DNA from: a virus
DNA: 64,000 nucleotides
IMG/VR virus record: IMGVR_UViG_3300033153_016035
Coordinates: 32,001 to 96,000 of that record
Reading direction: 5' to 3' (one strand)
The position numbers and the translations under genes were made by a program. Below the pieces are notes generated by a model that had not been told where the DNA came from, did not search any database, and saw only the letters and a program-made list of their open reading frames with translations. This document shows, one piece after another, positions 19,091 through 30,800 of this stretch (position 1 is the first letter of the stretch; every line of letters begins with the position of its first letter).

Positions 19091-19923
19091 CTATCCATTT
19101 TCCAATCCACATCATACTCAGAGTGTTCTACCAAGTCATCCGATGAATGCTCATAACCTGCTGTCAGGCCCCCCGCCGCCGGTATAAAGTCAGGCGAGAA
19201 ACTAAGTTTAATCTCCCCGGTAACGTAGTTTACAGAGTCGTCTACACTGCCCAATCGAAGATTAGGGGGAAGGGCAATCAATTTCCCTTTACCATTATCA
19301 CGAATAACATCAGCACCGCCTATGCCTGGTACTGTTATTTTAAGAGAACCCGGACATATTGGGGCATTAGCAAGAGTCTTCAAGAAATATACTTTCACCC
19401 CGTCACCGGTTCCTATGCCCTCGGTCGCTACAGTTGTATCATATGTCCTTCGTAAACGAAACAGCGGCTTATCTAAAGTCTTAACAGGGGTGCCGGTGGC
19501 AGAAATTATAATAGCTGTAATGGTGTCGGTCATTGGCGAGAATGATAGTTTATGCGCGGTTATGTGTGCTGTGTCGCCAGATACGGCTAGTCCAGTACTA
19601 AGCCACTGTACCCCGGTATAAACTTTTATTGTTCGTCGCGACACGGCATGGTAGTAGGTCATATGCCCGCCGGCGCCCTCTGTTTCAAATAGGACAAATT
19701 CGCGCCCATAATGGACAAAAGGCTGCGGTGGTTCAGCTCGTTCTAGTAACAAGGCCGTGTTATCTTTGTTAGTTTTATTTCGTCTGACCCGAAGGACTAA
19801 CGGAGTGTATCCGGCAACTGGGTGTAGGGGTATACCTTTATCGTACAAGTCGAAAAAGCCGACGTAAGGTTTGTCTGCGGGCAACCTGTCCTGCTTGTGA
19901 AGCGTATCTAGTAGTCCTCGCAT
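19087..19923 (-). CDS. Virion protein with PGS...D.G.G...NY.TG beta-module
   Basis: PICPGSLKIT...DNGKGKL...VNYVTGEIKLSF; AGGAG RBS. Confidence 0.65.
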   Translation of the reverse strand: MRGLLDTLHKQDRLPADKPYVGFFDLYDKGIPLHPVAGYTPLVLRVRRNKTNKDNTALLLERAEPPQPFVHYGREFVLFETEGAGGHMTYYHAVSRRTIKVYTGVQWLSTGLAVSGDTAHITAHKLSFSPMTDTITAIIISATGTPVKTLDKPLFRLRRTYDTTVATEGIGTGDGVKVYFLKTLANAPICPGSLKITVPGIGGADVIRDNGKGKLIALPPNLRLGSVDDSVNYVTGEIKLSFSPDFIPAAGGLTAGYEHSSDDLVEHSEYDVDWKMDR

Positions 19924-20002
19924 TCAGTTTCTCCTTTTTTGATCCTTGTCCTACTTAGTTAAAGGACAGGTATTTCAATGACCCCTATGGGGTCATCGAC
20001 TC

Positions 20003-20758
20003 CTACGCATTGTGATACGGATAATCGTCTATTTCACCTTTTATGATGGGGAGAGAAACTTCCTCATCGTTACCGTGGTAGTGGATACACAGACCAAGAA
20101 CCGTCTCAGGGTCGCTGGAGGTCTTCTTTTTAGCCACGAAGCCTATTTCCTGCTCATCAAAAGACATACCCTTCAGGATATTTTCCGTTCTGGTACTGTC
20201 ACCCTTGACTACGTAGTGCTGATAGCCTCCGGCCTTAACCAGATCGAAGGTGACGTTGGTGGTAAACTGCGTCCAATTAGTGTGACGATACCCCGTTGTC
20301 ACGGCCAAGGTGACTGCAACCTGGAATGAGAAATCCACAATTGCATCATCGTAGTTGATCGTGCCGACCAGGATAGGGTACGCGGGCCCGGCGGGACCAT
20401 TTGTCTGCCACAATTTGCCGTCGTTGTTGGAGTCTTCAATGCGCTGAGGCACACCGACATTTGTATCCACAATAACTACCGAACCTGGTTTTATTCGACG
20501 CTGCGCCAACTTCCCACGGAAGCGGTCGGTGGCCGCTACACGAAGGGCATTGATGTTTTCGGCCACTATCGGATATTCCCGCCCGCGTTTGAGTAGGGTA
20601 AAGGTAACGTCTCCTCTCCCTTTATTGTTCAGCTCAAAACTATTTAGCCGCATTACTCCTGCTCTGTTAAACCGTGCGAGTACAATATCAGAAGTGGAAT
20701 TGACTCCTAGAGTGGTAAGTTCTGCGGTCCTGTCTTGGTATTCAGCCATCCCAATCAT
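20003..20758 (-). CDS. Virion protein with the same beta-module
   Basis: RIKPGSVVIV...DSNNDGKL...GTINYDDAIVDFSF; AGGAG RBS. Confidence 0.65.
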   Translation of the reverse strand: MIGMAEYQDRTAELTTLGVNSTSDIVLARFNRAGVMRLNSFELNNKGRGDVTFTLLKRGREYPIVAENINALRVAATDRFRGKLAQRRIKPGSVVIVDTNVGVPQRIEDSNNDGKLWQTNGPAGPAYPILVGTINYDDAIVDFSFQVAVTLAVTTGYRHTNWTQFTTNVTFDLVKAGGYQHYVVKGDSTRTENILKGMSFDEQEIGFVAKKKTSSDPETVLGLCIHYHGNDEEVSLPIIKGEIDDYPYHNA

Positions 20759-20767
20759 GACTTCTCC

Positions 20768-21094
20768 TTAATCTAATACGGTTACTTGTCCATTTCTGAA
20801 CCGGACTACGTGTACGTCCAGGAGGACGTTTCCTTGAGCAAAGAGTGCAACGAGCCGTTTGTTCGAGACGACTATTTGCCCATCACTTTGACCTGGGGGA
20901 ATCGACTTTGATGTCCCTACGATGGTTGCCCAGGTGGAACCATCATCACTCTCCACATACTCTATCGCCGCCGATAAACCTGTATCTTTATTCTCGACGA
21001 CAAAGTAGGGGGAGATGGAATCGTTGTTATGCACCTGGATGATGCGTACCCCGATTCCGGGTGCAAGTAGACTCTGTGAATTTGGATTTAACAT
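20768..21094 (-). CDS. Small beta-rich virion protein
   Basis: ESDDGSTWATI motif; operon context. Confidence 0.55.
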   Translation of the reverse strand: MLNPNSQSLLAPGIGVRIIQVHNNDSISPYFVVENKDTGLSAAIEYVESDDGSTWATIVGTSKSIPPGQSDGQIVVSNKRLVALFAQGNVLLDVHVVRFRNGQVTVLD

Positions 21095-21104
21095 GGTGGA
21101 ACCT

Positions 21105-24100
21105 TTATTTCGTGGATTTTATGATGATGTCTATTACTTCATCAACCTCTCTCGTAGTCAAACCGCGTTGCTCCGTTAAAACAATTCGACCCAATTTAGC
21201 TAAGTTATGAGACTCTATGAGGGTTTTAATGTCGTATTTCCGTAGAATGTCCCCGGCTATTGACTCAGTTTTCTTTTCCTCTTTTTCTGGCTCCGCTGGT
21301 TCTTCCGTTGGGGGCTCTGCCGCTTTTTCCGGCTCTACCGGTTCCTCAGGCTCCACCTTTTTTTCTGGTTCGACGGGGGTCTCTGGTTCTACAACTGGTT
21401 CTACGGGCGGGGCTGGTGCCTGTTCTTCCTCTTTTGCCTTTGCTTCCGCCGCCGAGGCATCAGGGAATTCTTTCTTAAAGACATCATGCGCCTCGGAGTA
21501 TTGGGCCATAACCTCTTTCATCTCGTTGTAAACATCCGATATTTCTTCTGATAGCTTTTCTAAGGACTTAGCGGTTTTCTTTCCGGAGCCGTCTGCATTC
21601 ATTTGCATTAAGGAAATGATTTTCCCGGACAGCCCTTCAAAATCTACAAGAGCTTTACGTGCGGCCTGAAGCAGCGCCATTCCATCTTCAAAAACCAGAG
21701 CCACCTCATTGGCCTCATCGCCTTGAGGAACCTCCAGTTCTTCAAATAGAAAGGCCGTAGGATTTTTTCTTATAGCCGTCCGGGTGCCTACCATGAATCC
21801 CTGATAGTGCTCACAGATTGCTACCAGTTGCTTTTTCTCCCTGGAGGAAAGCCTGTGAAGTGGGAAGACCGCTACGTTGTCACTAGCATACGCTCCGTAG
21901 GTTTCCAGGAGTGAAAACATATTCGGATCATTCTCCCGTGTCAGGTACACTAACAAGTAGTCGCTTTTTTCATTTATAGCGGTGGAGGGGATACTGGTCA
22001 TAGGCACGGCACCAGCACGACTGTAGAGGCGCCGCCGAGCTATCGCTTTCATGGGTCCACCTCGGCGCATTTCTAAAAGACAGGAGTTAAGGTCAGACCT
22101 TTTAGGTAGTAAGCGTACTCTGTTTGCCGAGAACTTTTTAACCCCATTGGGGGTTACAACCTCACAAACACCACCCCTCTTTGAGGCCAAATACCCCTCA
22201 TATGCCTCGTCCTCTTCCTCCTCGGGAACTCCACTGTTTACTTCAACTGCGGGAATAGGCGGGGCCATCGGAATCGTTATTGAAGGTTCAGGTTCTGGAA
22301 CCGGCACCGGGGCCATCTCTGGTTCATATTCCATTTCCATTTCGGAATCATCCGGCACTACTACATCCGGGATTATTTCTTCTTTAGGAACAACCACGCT
22401 GGCCACTTTTTCGGGTGCGGGGTGGGGTTCGACGTTTGCTGTTTGAACATCTATCACGGCTTGTCCTATAGCATCGTCAGAGGCACCGGGAACAAGTTCC
22501 CTGGCCCGATCTATGGCTATTTCTTCTTCACCCGAGACAAGGGCCCTTGTCGCCTCTTCATCACTTATAAGCTCTTGTTTGACTATTTCCACTTCCGGCT
22601 CTGTCGCTATTGGGTCCAACTCCTCATCTCCTGCGGCAACAATTTTTTCTGCGGCAAGAACGGCGTTGGTCCCCATCATAGTATCGGTGGCTGCTGGACC
22701 GGGTTCTGGTGCTATAGTGACTGGGGGCCCCTCGGGTATTTCGTCTATATCTTCCTGAACGTCTGGTTCCCCATCAGGAACAAAAACCATCCCCCCGGCG
22801 GCGCCTTCCTCATCATCTTCATCATCGGCAGACACTGCCGGTTCTGGGGCCGGTTCCGCGATCTCATCTGGTTCCGGTTCAATTTCAGCCATCATCTCCG
22901 CCTCCCCCTCTTCCTCTGCTTCCAGGAGGTAGGTTCCGGCGGGAGAGATATTATTTAATTGTGCTACTGCAAAACCGATATCAGATGGATGGTAAGCAAA
23001 GGAAGCTGGCATTCGCATGGCTTCCCCCAACGCCTCTCTAAGATTACTAAAGGCGAGGTGACGGATTACTAGGGTATTGTCTACGAGAGTTTCCACGAAG
23101 GGGTGGAGTGGCGCTCTAGTAACAGTCTTTATGGTACAAAGGAGATTACTTTTACGTACTGGTAGCCTTTGTGCTATCAGTTGCAGTGTCCCTGTGGCGG
23201 ACTCACTGAGCTTAATATCCGCAAAGGGAAGTTCACACTCAAAAAGATGGATAGACTTCCGCAGGCCCATAAACCGCTTTAGTTTCGACGCGGCCAAGAT
23301 CTTTTGGTGTGCCTCCACTACGTGGATTCCGTGTGTTTGACGCAGGCGGCGAAGGTTCTTCTTGTAAGTATTCTCTAATTGGTCCCACTTCCGATCCATT
23401 TTTTGGTTGACACGTTTAAACTCTTTTTCATAACGCTTTTCCACTTTAGCAACAGCAACTGGATCTTGATTTACCGCAATCTCCCGCCGCTTCTTTGCCG
23501 AAATATCCAGCTCCATGCGCTGGCGCCAGGTATCCAGATCTTCACGATCTAAGGTCATCTTCTTGCGAAGTTCCTTTTTAGCCTTTCGGTAGTCGGTGAC
23601 TTCGTAGAGGTAGGACTCGTCCTCGGTGTCTAGGGACTCAGACTTACGACGCATAAGGGTGTCCATTTTACCGATGACTCGTTTTATTTTGTTAACGGCC
23701 TGTCCATAATAGTACTCCTCCGCCTGTTCTTTCGGCTTCTTAGTTACCTTCATATTGTGTTTTGTGATACTCATTGCGTTACTAAGCCGACGTCCCAATT
23801 GGTCCGAATCTGTACTCCCAGAAACCGCCCTATCCGCCCAATCATAGAGCCACTGCGCCTCCTCTTTCTTAGTTTTAAACTTCTTTTTGGCGTATGACGC
23901 AGGCATTTTCCTCTCTATGATTGCTATAGACTCATTCTTCTTTTTCTTCTCTTCCTCATCCTCTTCCTCAGGGACCACGGTCTCGTCCTCTTCCTCCTCT
24001 TCTTCCTCAGGTTTCTTTTCAGGCTCTTCCGGCTTTTCCTCTTCCGGCTTTTCTTCCTCAGGTTTCTCGGGTTCTGTAGGAGCGGCCGGTTCCTCTGGCT

Positions 24101-26765
24101 CTTCCTCGTCACCTTCCTCCGGTTCCTCAGCCTTTGGTTCCGTCCCCTGTGCGACTTGTGTAGAAAGATCCCCCAGAGCTTTGGCTACTATTTGACGTAC
24201 CTGATCTTTGCCTATGGCGGTACCATCGGGTAACTGAATGTCCCCGGTTCCGCCTTCCTCTCCAGTCACTTTTTTGTTTGTGGGAGGAACCATTTCCGTG
24301 GGTTTATCTGGGGTGGTATCATCATCTTCCTCTGTAGCTGGTGTCATATCAGTATCCCCCTCCTCTTCTTCTTCCTCATTGAGTACCTGGTCCAACAACC
24401 ACCCCGGATGGTTCTGATTTAAACTTTCAAGTTTGGCCAAAGCTTCCTCACTGTAGAGTAGTGGATATTCCTTTTCCATATCACCCATCATTTCTTGAGC
24501 CGCCTTACCGTCTAAAGTAAGGAGTTCTGTATCATTCACTTGATAATACTTTACAAGCTGTTTTGCCTGGACCCCAGTCCGTCTAGGACTTGTGAATACA
24601 AGACGACGTATGCCCCAAATATCCTTTTCTTTGTCATTTAAAACTATCTCCATACGCCAACCAATTTCGATCTCCTCCTCTTCCCCTGGTACCAGCGTCA
24701 GAGCCTCCAAAGAAGGCGGCTTTTCCTGTGGTCCAAGATAAAAAGAGTAAACCTGTTTTTTATATTCGTGGCCTTTTTTATCGCGAAGTTTTCGTTCAAC
24801 AACAAAATTAGCTTCTAGCTGCACCACATTTGGGCTACTCTTTATACGTTGAGCCTTAAACAACTTAAGTATGCCGTCACGAATCCACCTACCGGCCCCC
24901 CTTATGGAACTTTTGGCCTTCGCAAGCCAATCCGATAGATCTTTAACAGTGGGTCGGGCCTCTAAAATGGCTGGGAGGATTTGGTGTAGCTCCCGACCTT
25001 CCGCCATTTTCATTTTTGGAAACCCGTCGACCGGAGACGGGAGTGATGCACTAAATAGCTCGGCTTCGGGTTGTGTTAACTTTAGACTAGCAAATCGCGC
25101 CGCAACCATTCGATTTTCCAGATGTCCAACATTAAACCCTTTATCAGCCGTAAGGGAGGGGGATTTTACCGGGTTGAAATCGACAAAAGAACGAGTCATA
25201 ACTCCTGTAATTTTACTATCTTTGGGGGTGGTTTGGTCAACCTCCACATCTAATAGCACTATCCAATATAAATCTTTATCTACGGGAAGAAAGTCGGCAA
25301 TATGGTCTTTGATGTAACTTGCCAAAACATGTTGGTGCGTCCAGGCAGCGAACTTATTTATAGTTTTATCGAGTGACTCAATAAAACTGTCCGTATCTAT
25401 TTTCACCCGAAAAACTGCTGCGGCTGCCGGTATAACTAAATCCGTAGGAAGGAGAGACTTCTGTGCATCGGCAATAGAACGCTTTAGTTCTTGGGCATCG
25501 AAGGTAGTAAATATACCAAAAGCCTTACTCCCCCTAATAATTGAAGGTAATGTATTACTCACCCTATACACTTGTCTAATAAGGGAGGGCCCCTCAGCAC
25601 TTTTTATCGCCCCCGGAAAGTCATCGTAACCCTTTTCCCACTCTGAAAAATCGAAATTTTTCTTATCCTGCTGGAGCTTTCTTGCTTTATCCTTTGTCAT
25701 ACCATATGTTGAAAATATGGTTTGAAGGGCCCGGTCGCTTTGACCCTGAAAATGTTCGGCCCAAATAATGGTAGAATCTACAAATTTGGTTAGTTCCACA
25801 ACCGCTGCTGTCTTACAAGCATCTTCTATTGCGGCATAGTTTTTACCTAGAAAACCAAAAAACCATTCAAGTGCCATTAGACTAGGTTTTAATTTCCCGA
25901 CAGCTCTAAGCTTTTGCAGTGTTGTCTTAGCCTTTTCACGCACACCTTCTGTGGAACGAACTTTCTCCGCTTCAATTGCCTTAATTTTATCTTGCACCTC
26001 CGTCCCCATTGCATCTCTCTGGCGCGTCAGCTCTTGTATACGGATATCCAGGTCTCGTTGATCTTGCGCTACTGAGGACAGTACATCATCTTTACGTATC
26101 TGTATATCACGGATCGTACGTTCCAAATCAAGTCGGAAGTCCCGCCGCAAAACAGCAAAGGTGTCCTTAACCGACCCATATCGAAGTAATCCTAAAAACT
26201 CTTTCTGGTTTGCTTCCAGCTCTGACTTTGCCTTTGACAATTCCCCACTGGAATAACGCCTTGCCTCTTCTAAGACTTCTAGGGCTTCTATTGCTTCTTT
26301 ATCTTCCAGCACATGCACCGGGGTTTCGACAAGATCCCAAAGTAGTGCATCGGCCTCACTGGCAGTAACTTTACCCTCTTTTAAAGCTTTGGCATAACCG
26401 GCTCGGGAGTACATGTACCGGATGTGGTTTTGCAATTCCTCTGGCTTATATGTTTCACAGAGCTGATGGAGCTGAAATTTAGACACGCCGAGATTAGAGA
26501 TTAAAGGAAGATCCGTATCGAGCCCTTCAGCTTCTATTACCTTATTTAAATCAAATGGATGAGAACACCCCACCAGAGCCCTAATAACACTTCGGCTCCG
26601 TTTTGAAGACTTTTTAAAGGCGCGGCCAAGGCCAGCATCTGCCTTATTCAGGGTTCGACAAAAGACTGCTTCATCTAGCAAGACCCTTTCATCGACTGAT
26701 TGGTTTGAGGCACTAAGAGCGCAATAAATCTGTCCGGTTAGGTGCCAGAGGTCTGTATTTCCCAT
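21105..26765 (-). CDS. Very large (1886 aa) putative head-internal polyprotein
   Basis: Acidic E/P low-complexity tracts, coiled coils and many [LIV]xE motifs; upstream of the protease gene. Confidence 0.6.
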   Translation of the reverse strand: MGNTDLWHLTGQIYCALSASNQSVDERVLLDEAVFCRTLNKADAGLGRAFKKSSKRSRSVIRALVGCSHPFDLNKVIEAEGLDTDLPLISNLGVSKFQLHQLCETYKPEELQNHIRYMYSRAGYAKALKEGKVTASEADALLWDLVETPVHVLEDKEAIEALEVLEEARRYSSGELSKAKSELEANQKEFLGLLRYGSVKDTFAVLRRDFRLDLERTIRDIQIRKDDVLSSVAQDQRDLDIRIQELTRQRDAMGTEVQDKIKAIEAEKVRSTEGVREKAKTTLQKLRAVGKLKPSLMALEWFFGFLGKNYAAIEDACKTAAVVELTKFVDSTIIWAEHFQGQSDRALQTIFSTYGMTKDKARKLQQDKKNFDFSEWEKGYDDFPGAIKSAEGPSLIRQVYRVSNTLPSIIRGSKAFGIFTTFDAQELKRSIADAQKSLLPTDLVIPAAAAVFRVKIDTDSFIESLDKTINKFAAWTHQHVLASYIKDHIADFLPVDKDLYWIVLLDVEVDQTTPKDSKITGVMTRSFVDFNPVKSPSLTADKGFNVGHLENRMVAARFASLKLTQPEAELFSASLPSPVDGFPKMKMAEGRELHQILPAILEARPTVKDLSDWLAKAKSSIRGAGRWIRDGILKLFKAQRIKSSPNVVQLEANFVVERKLRDKKGHEYKKQVYSFYLGPQEKPPSLEALTLVPGEEEEIEIGWRMEIVLNDKEKDIWGIRRLVFTSPRRTGVQAKQLVKYYQVNDTELLTLDGKAAQEMMGDMEKEYPLLYSEEALAKLESLNQNHPGWLLDQVLNEEEEEEGDTDMTPATEEDDDTTPDKPTEMVPPTNKKVTGEEGGTGDIQLPDGTAIGKDQVRQIVAKALGDLSTQVAQGTEPKAEEPEEGDEEEPEEPAAPTEPEKPEEEKPEEEKPEEPEKKPEEEEEEEDETVVPEEEDEEEKKKKNESIAIIERKMPASYAKKKFKTKKEEAQWLYDWADRAVSGSTDSDQLGRRLSNAMSITKHNMKVTKKPKEQAEEYYYGQAVNKIKRVIGKMDTLMRRKSESLDTEDESYLYEVTDYRKAKKELRKKMTLDREDLDTWRQRMELDISAKKRREIAVNQDPVAVAKVEKRYEKEFKRVNQKMDRKWDQLENTYKKNLRRLRQTHGIHVVEAHQKILAASKLKRFMGLRKSIHLFECELPFADIKLSESATGTLQLIAQRLPVRKSNLLCTIKTVTRAPLHPFVETLVDNTLVIRHLAFSNLREALGEAMRMPASFAYHPSDIGFAVAQLNNISPAGTYLLEAEEEGEAEMMAEIEPEPDEIAEPAPEPAVSADDEDDEEGAAGGMVFVPDGEPDVQEDIDEIPEGPPVTIAPEPGPAATDTMMGTNAVLAAEKIVAAGDEELDPIATEPEVEIVKQELISDEEATRALVSGEEEIAIDRARELVPGASDDAIGQAVIDVQTANVEPHPAPEKVASVVVPKEEIIPDVVVPDDSEMEMEYEPEMAPVPVPEPEPSITIPMAPPIPAVEVNSGVPEEEEDEAYEGYLASKRGGVCEVVTPNGVKKFSANRVRLLPKRSDLNSCLLEMRRGGPMKAIARRRLYSRAGAVPMTSIPSTAINEKSDYLLVYLTRENDPNMFSLLETYGAYASDNVAVFPLHRLSSREKKQLVAICEHYQGFMVGTRTAIRKNPTAFLFEELEVPQGDEANEVALVFEDGMALLQAARKALVDFEGLSGKIISLMQMNADGSGKKTAKSLEKLSEEISDVYNEMKEVMAQYSEAHDVFKKEFPDASAAEAKAKEEEQAPAPPVEPVVEPETPVEPEKKVEPEEPVEPEKAAEPPTEEPAEPEKEEKKTESIAGDILRKYDIKTLIESHNLAKLGRIVLTEQRGLTTREVDEVIDIIIKSTK

Positions 26766-26768
26766 GTC

Positions 26769-27884
26769 TTATCCTTTGCCTACTGAGGTTATTACCTGAT
26801 CTACACTAATATTTTTTACAATGTTACCTATAGGTTCCGCCGCCGCTTGTGCTATTACCCCATCTTTGCCCATTGCCGGGGCTGTATCATCCGAAACCGG
26901 GGCTCCTACTACTTGCGCGGCTATGCCGGTAACTCTTGATATTTGAACCACCCACCAGGGTGAATCTTTTCCATCTGGTTTACTCGCCAGTAGCGCCTGA
27001 GGGTATGCTTGTTTTACCATCGTCATAATAACATCCATCTCATCTTGTTCTACACAAGGGTCGAAACAAAGATAAATGATATTATCGTCCAAGATGATAT
27101 CCTGTAAGGCGTCGAGAGCATCCATTATCACTAATTTCTGCACAATACCATCAACAATCTCGTCGGTGGTCTCCAGAAAGGGATTGACTTCTTCCACTAA
27201 AGACACGGCGCGCATAGAAGATGGTAGGTGAAGAAGTATCTTAGTAGCAGTTTCTGTGATAACCCCCTCTTGAACGGCCACAACATCCGGTTTAACAACC
27301 TTACTTACCGGGGACGGGTCAACTATCTCCGGTTTTGGAAACCCTGACAGGACCAAACGTCTGCCGGTGAACCTGAAAATTGCACCACAATTTTTTTCCT
27401 GATAGTAACAAGAGATGGAGGCCGGGTAATCCAACTTAACCTTTACTTCCAGAGCCTCAAGGGGGCACGGTGCCTGAAAGTATTCTTTAACAACCCCGGC
27501 AAAAGCACCGGCAAATCGTGCTAGAAGGCCAGGGCCGGGTACAGTAAAAAGGCGTTGAAGATGGCTTGAGAATTCTTGATAGAAGGTTACCTGCAACTTT
27601 TTAAGGGCTCCTACGAAATAACCCAATTGCTTTTCTACGTTCCGCACGGGCCCTTTTAACACTTTATTTAATCTCTGATACTGCCTAAAGGGTGCATCGT
27701 CAGCTACAGAAATTGTCTTACCCGCCCCCTTTGGGGTGGTGACCACCACATTTAATGCAATAGCATCCTCCTGCGCACTGGAAGACAGTCCCGGGACAGA
27801 AAGATCAACACGGTGATTTTCCCGTTGGAGTAACTCGTAATTCTTATTTGCTTCCGCAAAGACAAAGAAGATATCCATATACAT
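26769..27884 (-). CDS. Hypothetical (putative head-internal) protein
   Basis: 371-aa ORF; VQE/ITE/LVE/FLE motifs. Confidence 0.55.
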   Translation of the reverse strand: MYMDIFFVFAEANKNYELLQRENHRVDLSVPGLSSSAQEDAIALNVVVTTPKGAGKTISVADDAPFRQYQRLNKVLKGPVRNVEKQLGYFVGALKKLQVTFYQEFSSHLQRLFTVPGPGLLARFAGAFAGVVKEYFQAPCPLEALEVKVKLDYPASISCYYQEKNCGAIFRFTGRRLVLSGFPKPEIVDPSPVSKVVKPDVVAVQEGVITETATKILLHLPSSMRAVSLVEEVNPFLETTDEIVDGIVQKLVIMDALDALQDIILDDNIIYLCFDPCVEQDEMDVIMTMVKQAYPQALLASKPDGKDSPWWVVQISRVTGIAAQVVGAPVSDDTAPAMGKDGVIAQAAAEPIGNIVKNISVDQVITSVGKG

Positions 27885-27885
27885 C

Positions 27886-30800
27886 CTATAGTTTCTGGTA
27901 AAGGGACATAACTTTACTCAAACCCACATCGGTGTCCACTGCTTCACGCAAGTTTTTTAAAGAAGCATACAAGGTGTCGACGTCAACTAAAACATCTCCA
28001 GAGTAGTCTTTAGTTGTTACAACGACACGCCACATGGGAAGTACGCCTTCAGCTTTATAGTCTTTCTCGCCCATATAATCCGCTATAATGTAAACGTCTC
28101 CTGGACGCATTGGTATTTTTTTTGCTTTACTGCGCCCCAGCATCGGAACCCTTCCAACTACTCGGTCTTTAAGAACAAATCTACTTATAAACTTATTTTT
28201 CTCTTTGATACCCATTACCCGCTTCTGGGCTTCCTTTTGGGGCAGCTCTAAAAATGTTGGGGAGTGTGTTATTGCGGTAAAGACCTCAGACAAGAATGCG
28301 TAAGCTTCGCCGGGGAAGTCCGAACCTTCTAATGTAACAATGTCTTCGGGTAAAGGGTCTTTTGACAATTTTCCGCCAAAACTTTCCTTTTTGGAAAGCG
28401 CGTGTATGACAACCCGATCGCCCGAGGTAAGGAGGCTACCTTTAAACCGGGACTTCATACACATAATAGGAGCTTTGCCCAGCACAAAAGGCTCATCTAC
28501 CCAACTTAGAACAAACTTATAGGGGTCTTTCATATTGTAAATAATTGAGTTTTTGGTTAGGTACCGCCATAGGTTGCTAAAGAAGCTAGAGATGTGTTCC
28601 TTCAATCCAGCTAATATAGACTTTCTGGAACTTTCAGTTTTAGCCACCGCCGCCTGGGATTTATTTTCTATAAAAATTGTTTCTTTCCCGGATTCTCGGT
28701 AATTTTTAATCCACACCAAAGAGCCTCGCAAACCCGCTGGGATTTTACTAACAGCCCAACCTAATTTTTTAATGGAGTAGACAGTCATACCCACAGAGAG
28801 CACCAACGGCATAAAAAATCCGATAGTGCCTTCCCCCAAGAAATCGAGGAAATCCGGGTATTTGAACATAATTATAATTAGTCCGTATTCCCTGGAGGAA
28901 AAAACGCCGTGGATGGGGTGTCCTGTCTTATCTGCTTGAAGCGCAAAATTTCTCCAGTAGTCTTCCGCAAATTGACGTTCTATGGGTTCTGCTTCTTCAT
29001 ATACCTGTGCCAATTTTTCTTGTAGCTCTTTAGGAACCTTTTCATTTAGAGCTATAGAACCCCGCAACTCCTCCAATAAAAGGATGATTGTATCAAGATC
29101 TAATTTAAAAAATCGAGAGTAGGTCCAATTCCAGAACTCCCAATCCTTGGAAGTTCTAACTATGTGTGTTTTCGTACCCATTTCTGTTTTAACTACACGG
29201 CGGACTTCTACTTCCCTGTAAGCCTCCCCCTTCCACAACCACAGCCCCGGTCTATGCTTTACATTACCAGTGGCATCAAAGAGGCGGTTGAAGTCGGCAT
29301 AGGCGTGACGAATAAACTTTGTCAATTTCCGTGCGTTTTTCGCAAGGTTCGCGCTATCTCTTCCCAAAATAAAATCTTCAGTTTCCTGGTAAACTAGAAA
29401 CTTACGAAGGAAGATTTCGTCTTCATGCGTTAGCCCGCCAAAGACTGCAAACCGGTTACGCCACCACCTAAGAACCACATTCCCAATACTAAAGATGACG
29501 CCCACTTTTGCCATTAAAATACTCCACCCCCACAGTGATAAACCCAAAAAAGCCTCGTCCAGGGGTTCGTCTATCATGACAGTCTTGCCAGTGTCCGGAC
29601 CCGAAAGTACTAAAAGCTCCTGCTTTCCGCCCTCTTCGTTATAATTGGCTTGAGTTCCTGCGGGGATTTCTACCACTTCCCCTTCTGGGCCAAAGCCCCG
29701 GATGGTTTTTGGGGTAGTTATTTTACCGGGCCCACCGGCAGTAATATCACCCTCTTTAAGACGTTCAAGCTCTCGTTGCTCCCGCGCTGTCAGATCAGTT
29801 TTAACTTTGTCTATCTGCTGTTTAATTCTTTCCTTAGCGGCTTCCATTCCTTCTTTACTGGTCGTAGTAAGCTGAGCCCTTTGACGCTTTAATGCCTCCA
29901 GACGGCTCTTCCTCAATTCGACGTACCGTTGTTTAATAGCCATCGCCTTCTTAGCTGCGGCGTCATCTGCTTCCAGGAGAACCATTGTATCGGTATAATT
30001 TACTATGCTGTGTGCTTTTATCTTCTCAGATAAAAATAGTTCTTCGTGAAGCTGTACGGCGTTTCGGACATCATTATAAACTCGTATTATTATTCCCGGA
30101 TGACAACTCTTCTTTACTACCCGACCCGCCACACGCACTAAACCCTCAACCTGCTCTTCTGTCAAAAGCATGTCAAAGGCACTAATCACAATTTCCTCTA
30201 TCCGCCTACCTGCGCGAATATAAAGTCCGCCTTCCGGCTCCATCTGGGTACTTTTCGGTAGCACCTCCCCCACAAAAATATTTTCATCGAGTCCGCCTTG
30301 GATACGAAAGTATCGTACAGTACCACTAGGATAAGGGGTACCGTTAGAAAACATCCGCAGGGCTGCTTCTTCAGGTCTAATGTGGCGAATGGCGCTGTAG
30401 CCCTCATCGTTAGTCTGAAATGTCCCCACGGACCGGTGCATTCTTCCCAACTCTCTATGGAGTCGACCAGCCGTCGGATCGGTTTTATGATACCGCTGGG
30501 CCTTCACCAGGGCCGCCTTACTCTGTTTCTTTTGAAGCATGGAGCGAAAACTACGTATACGCGAAACCACTCCCCCTCGATTCTTGCGTGATAAGATTTT
30601 ATGCTGCACTTTCTTGTTGTGCTGCCGAGCTTTATTTATCCCCTTGGAGGTGAAGCGAAAACCCCCCACCACTATACGGGGATCACCCCCACGATGCCTT
30701 GGGTTTAGAACTGAACTTGGAGGCCGTTTACCGGACCACACCGTCTCTAAAAGTAAGGTGTTGCTTGCATATTCCCCCGCCTCATAGTGGTCGCAGTGAG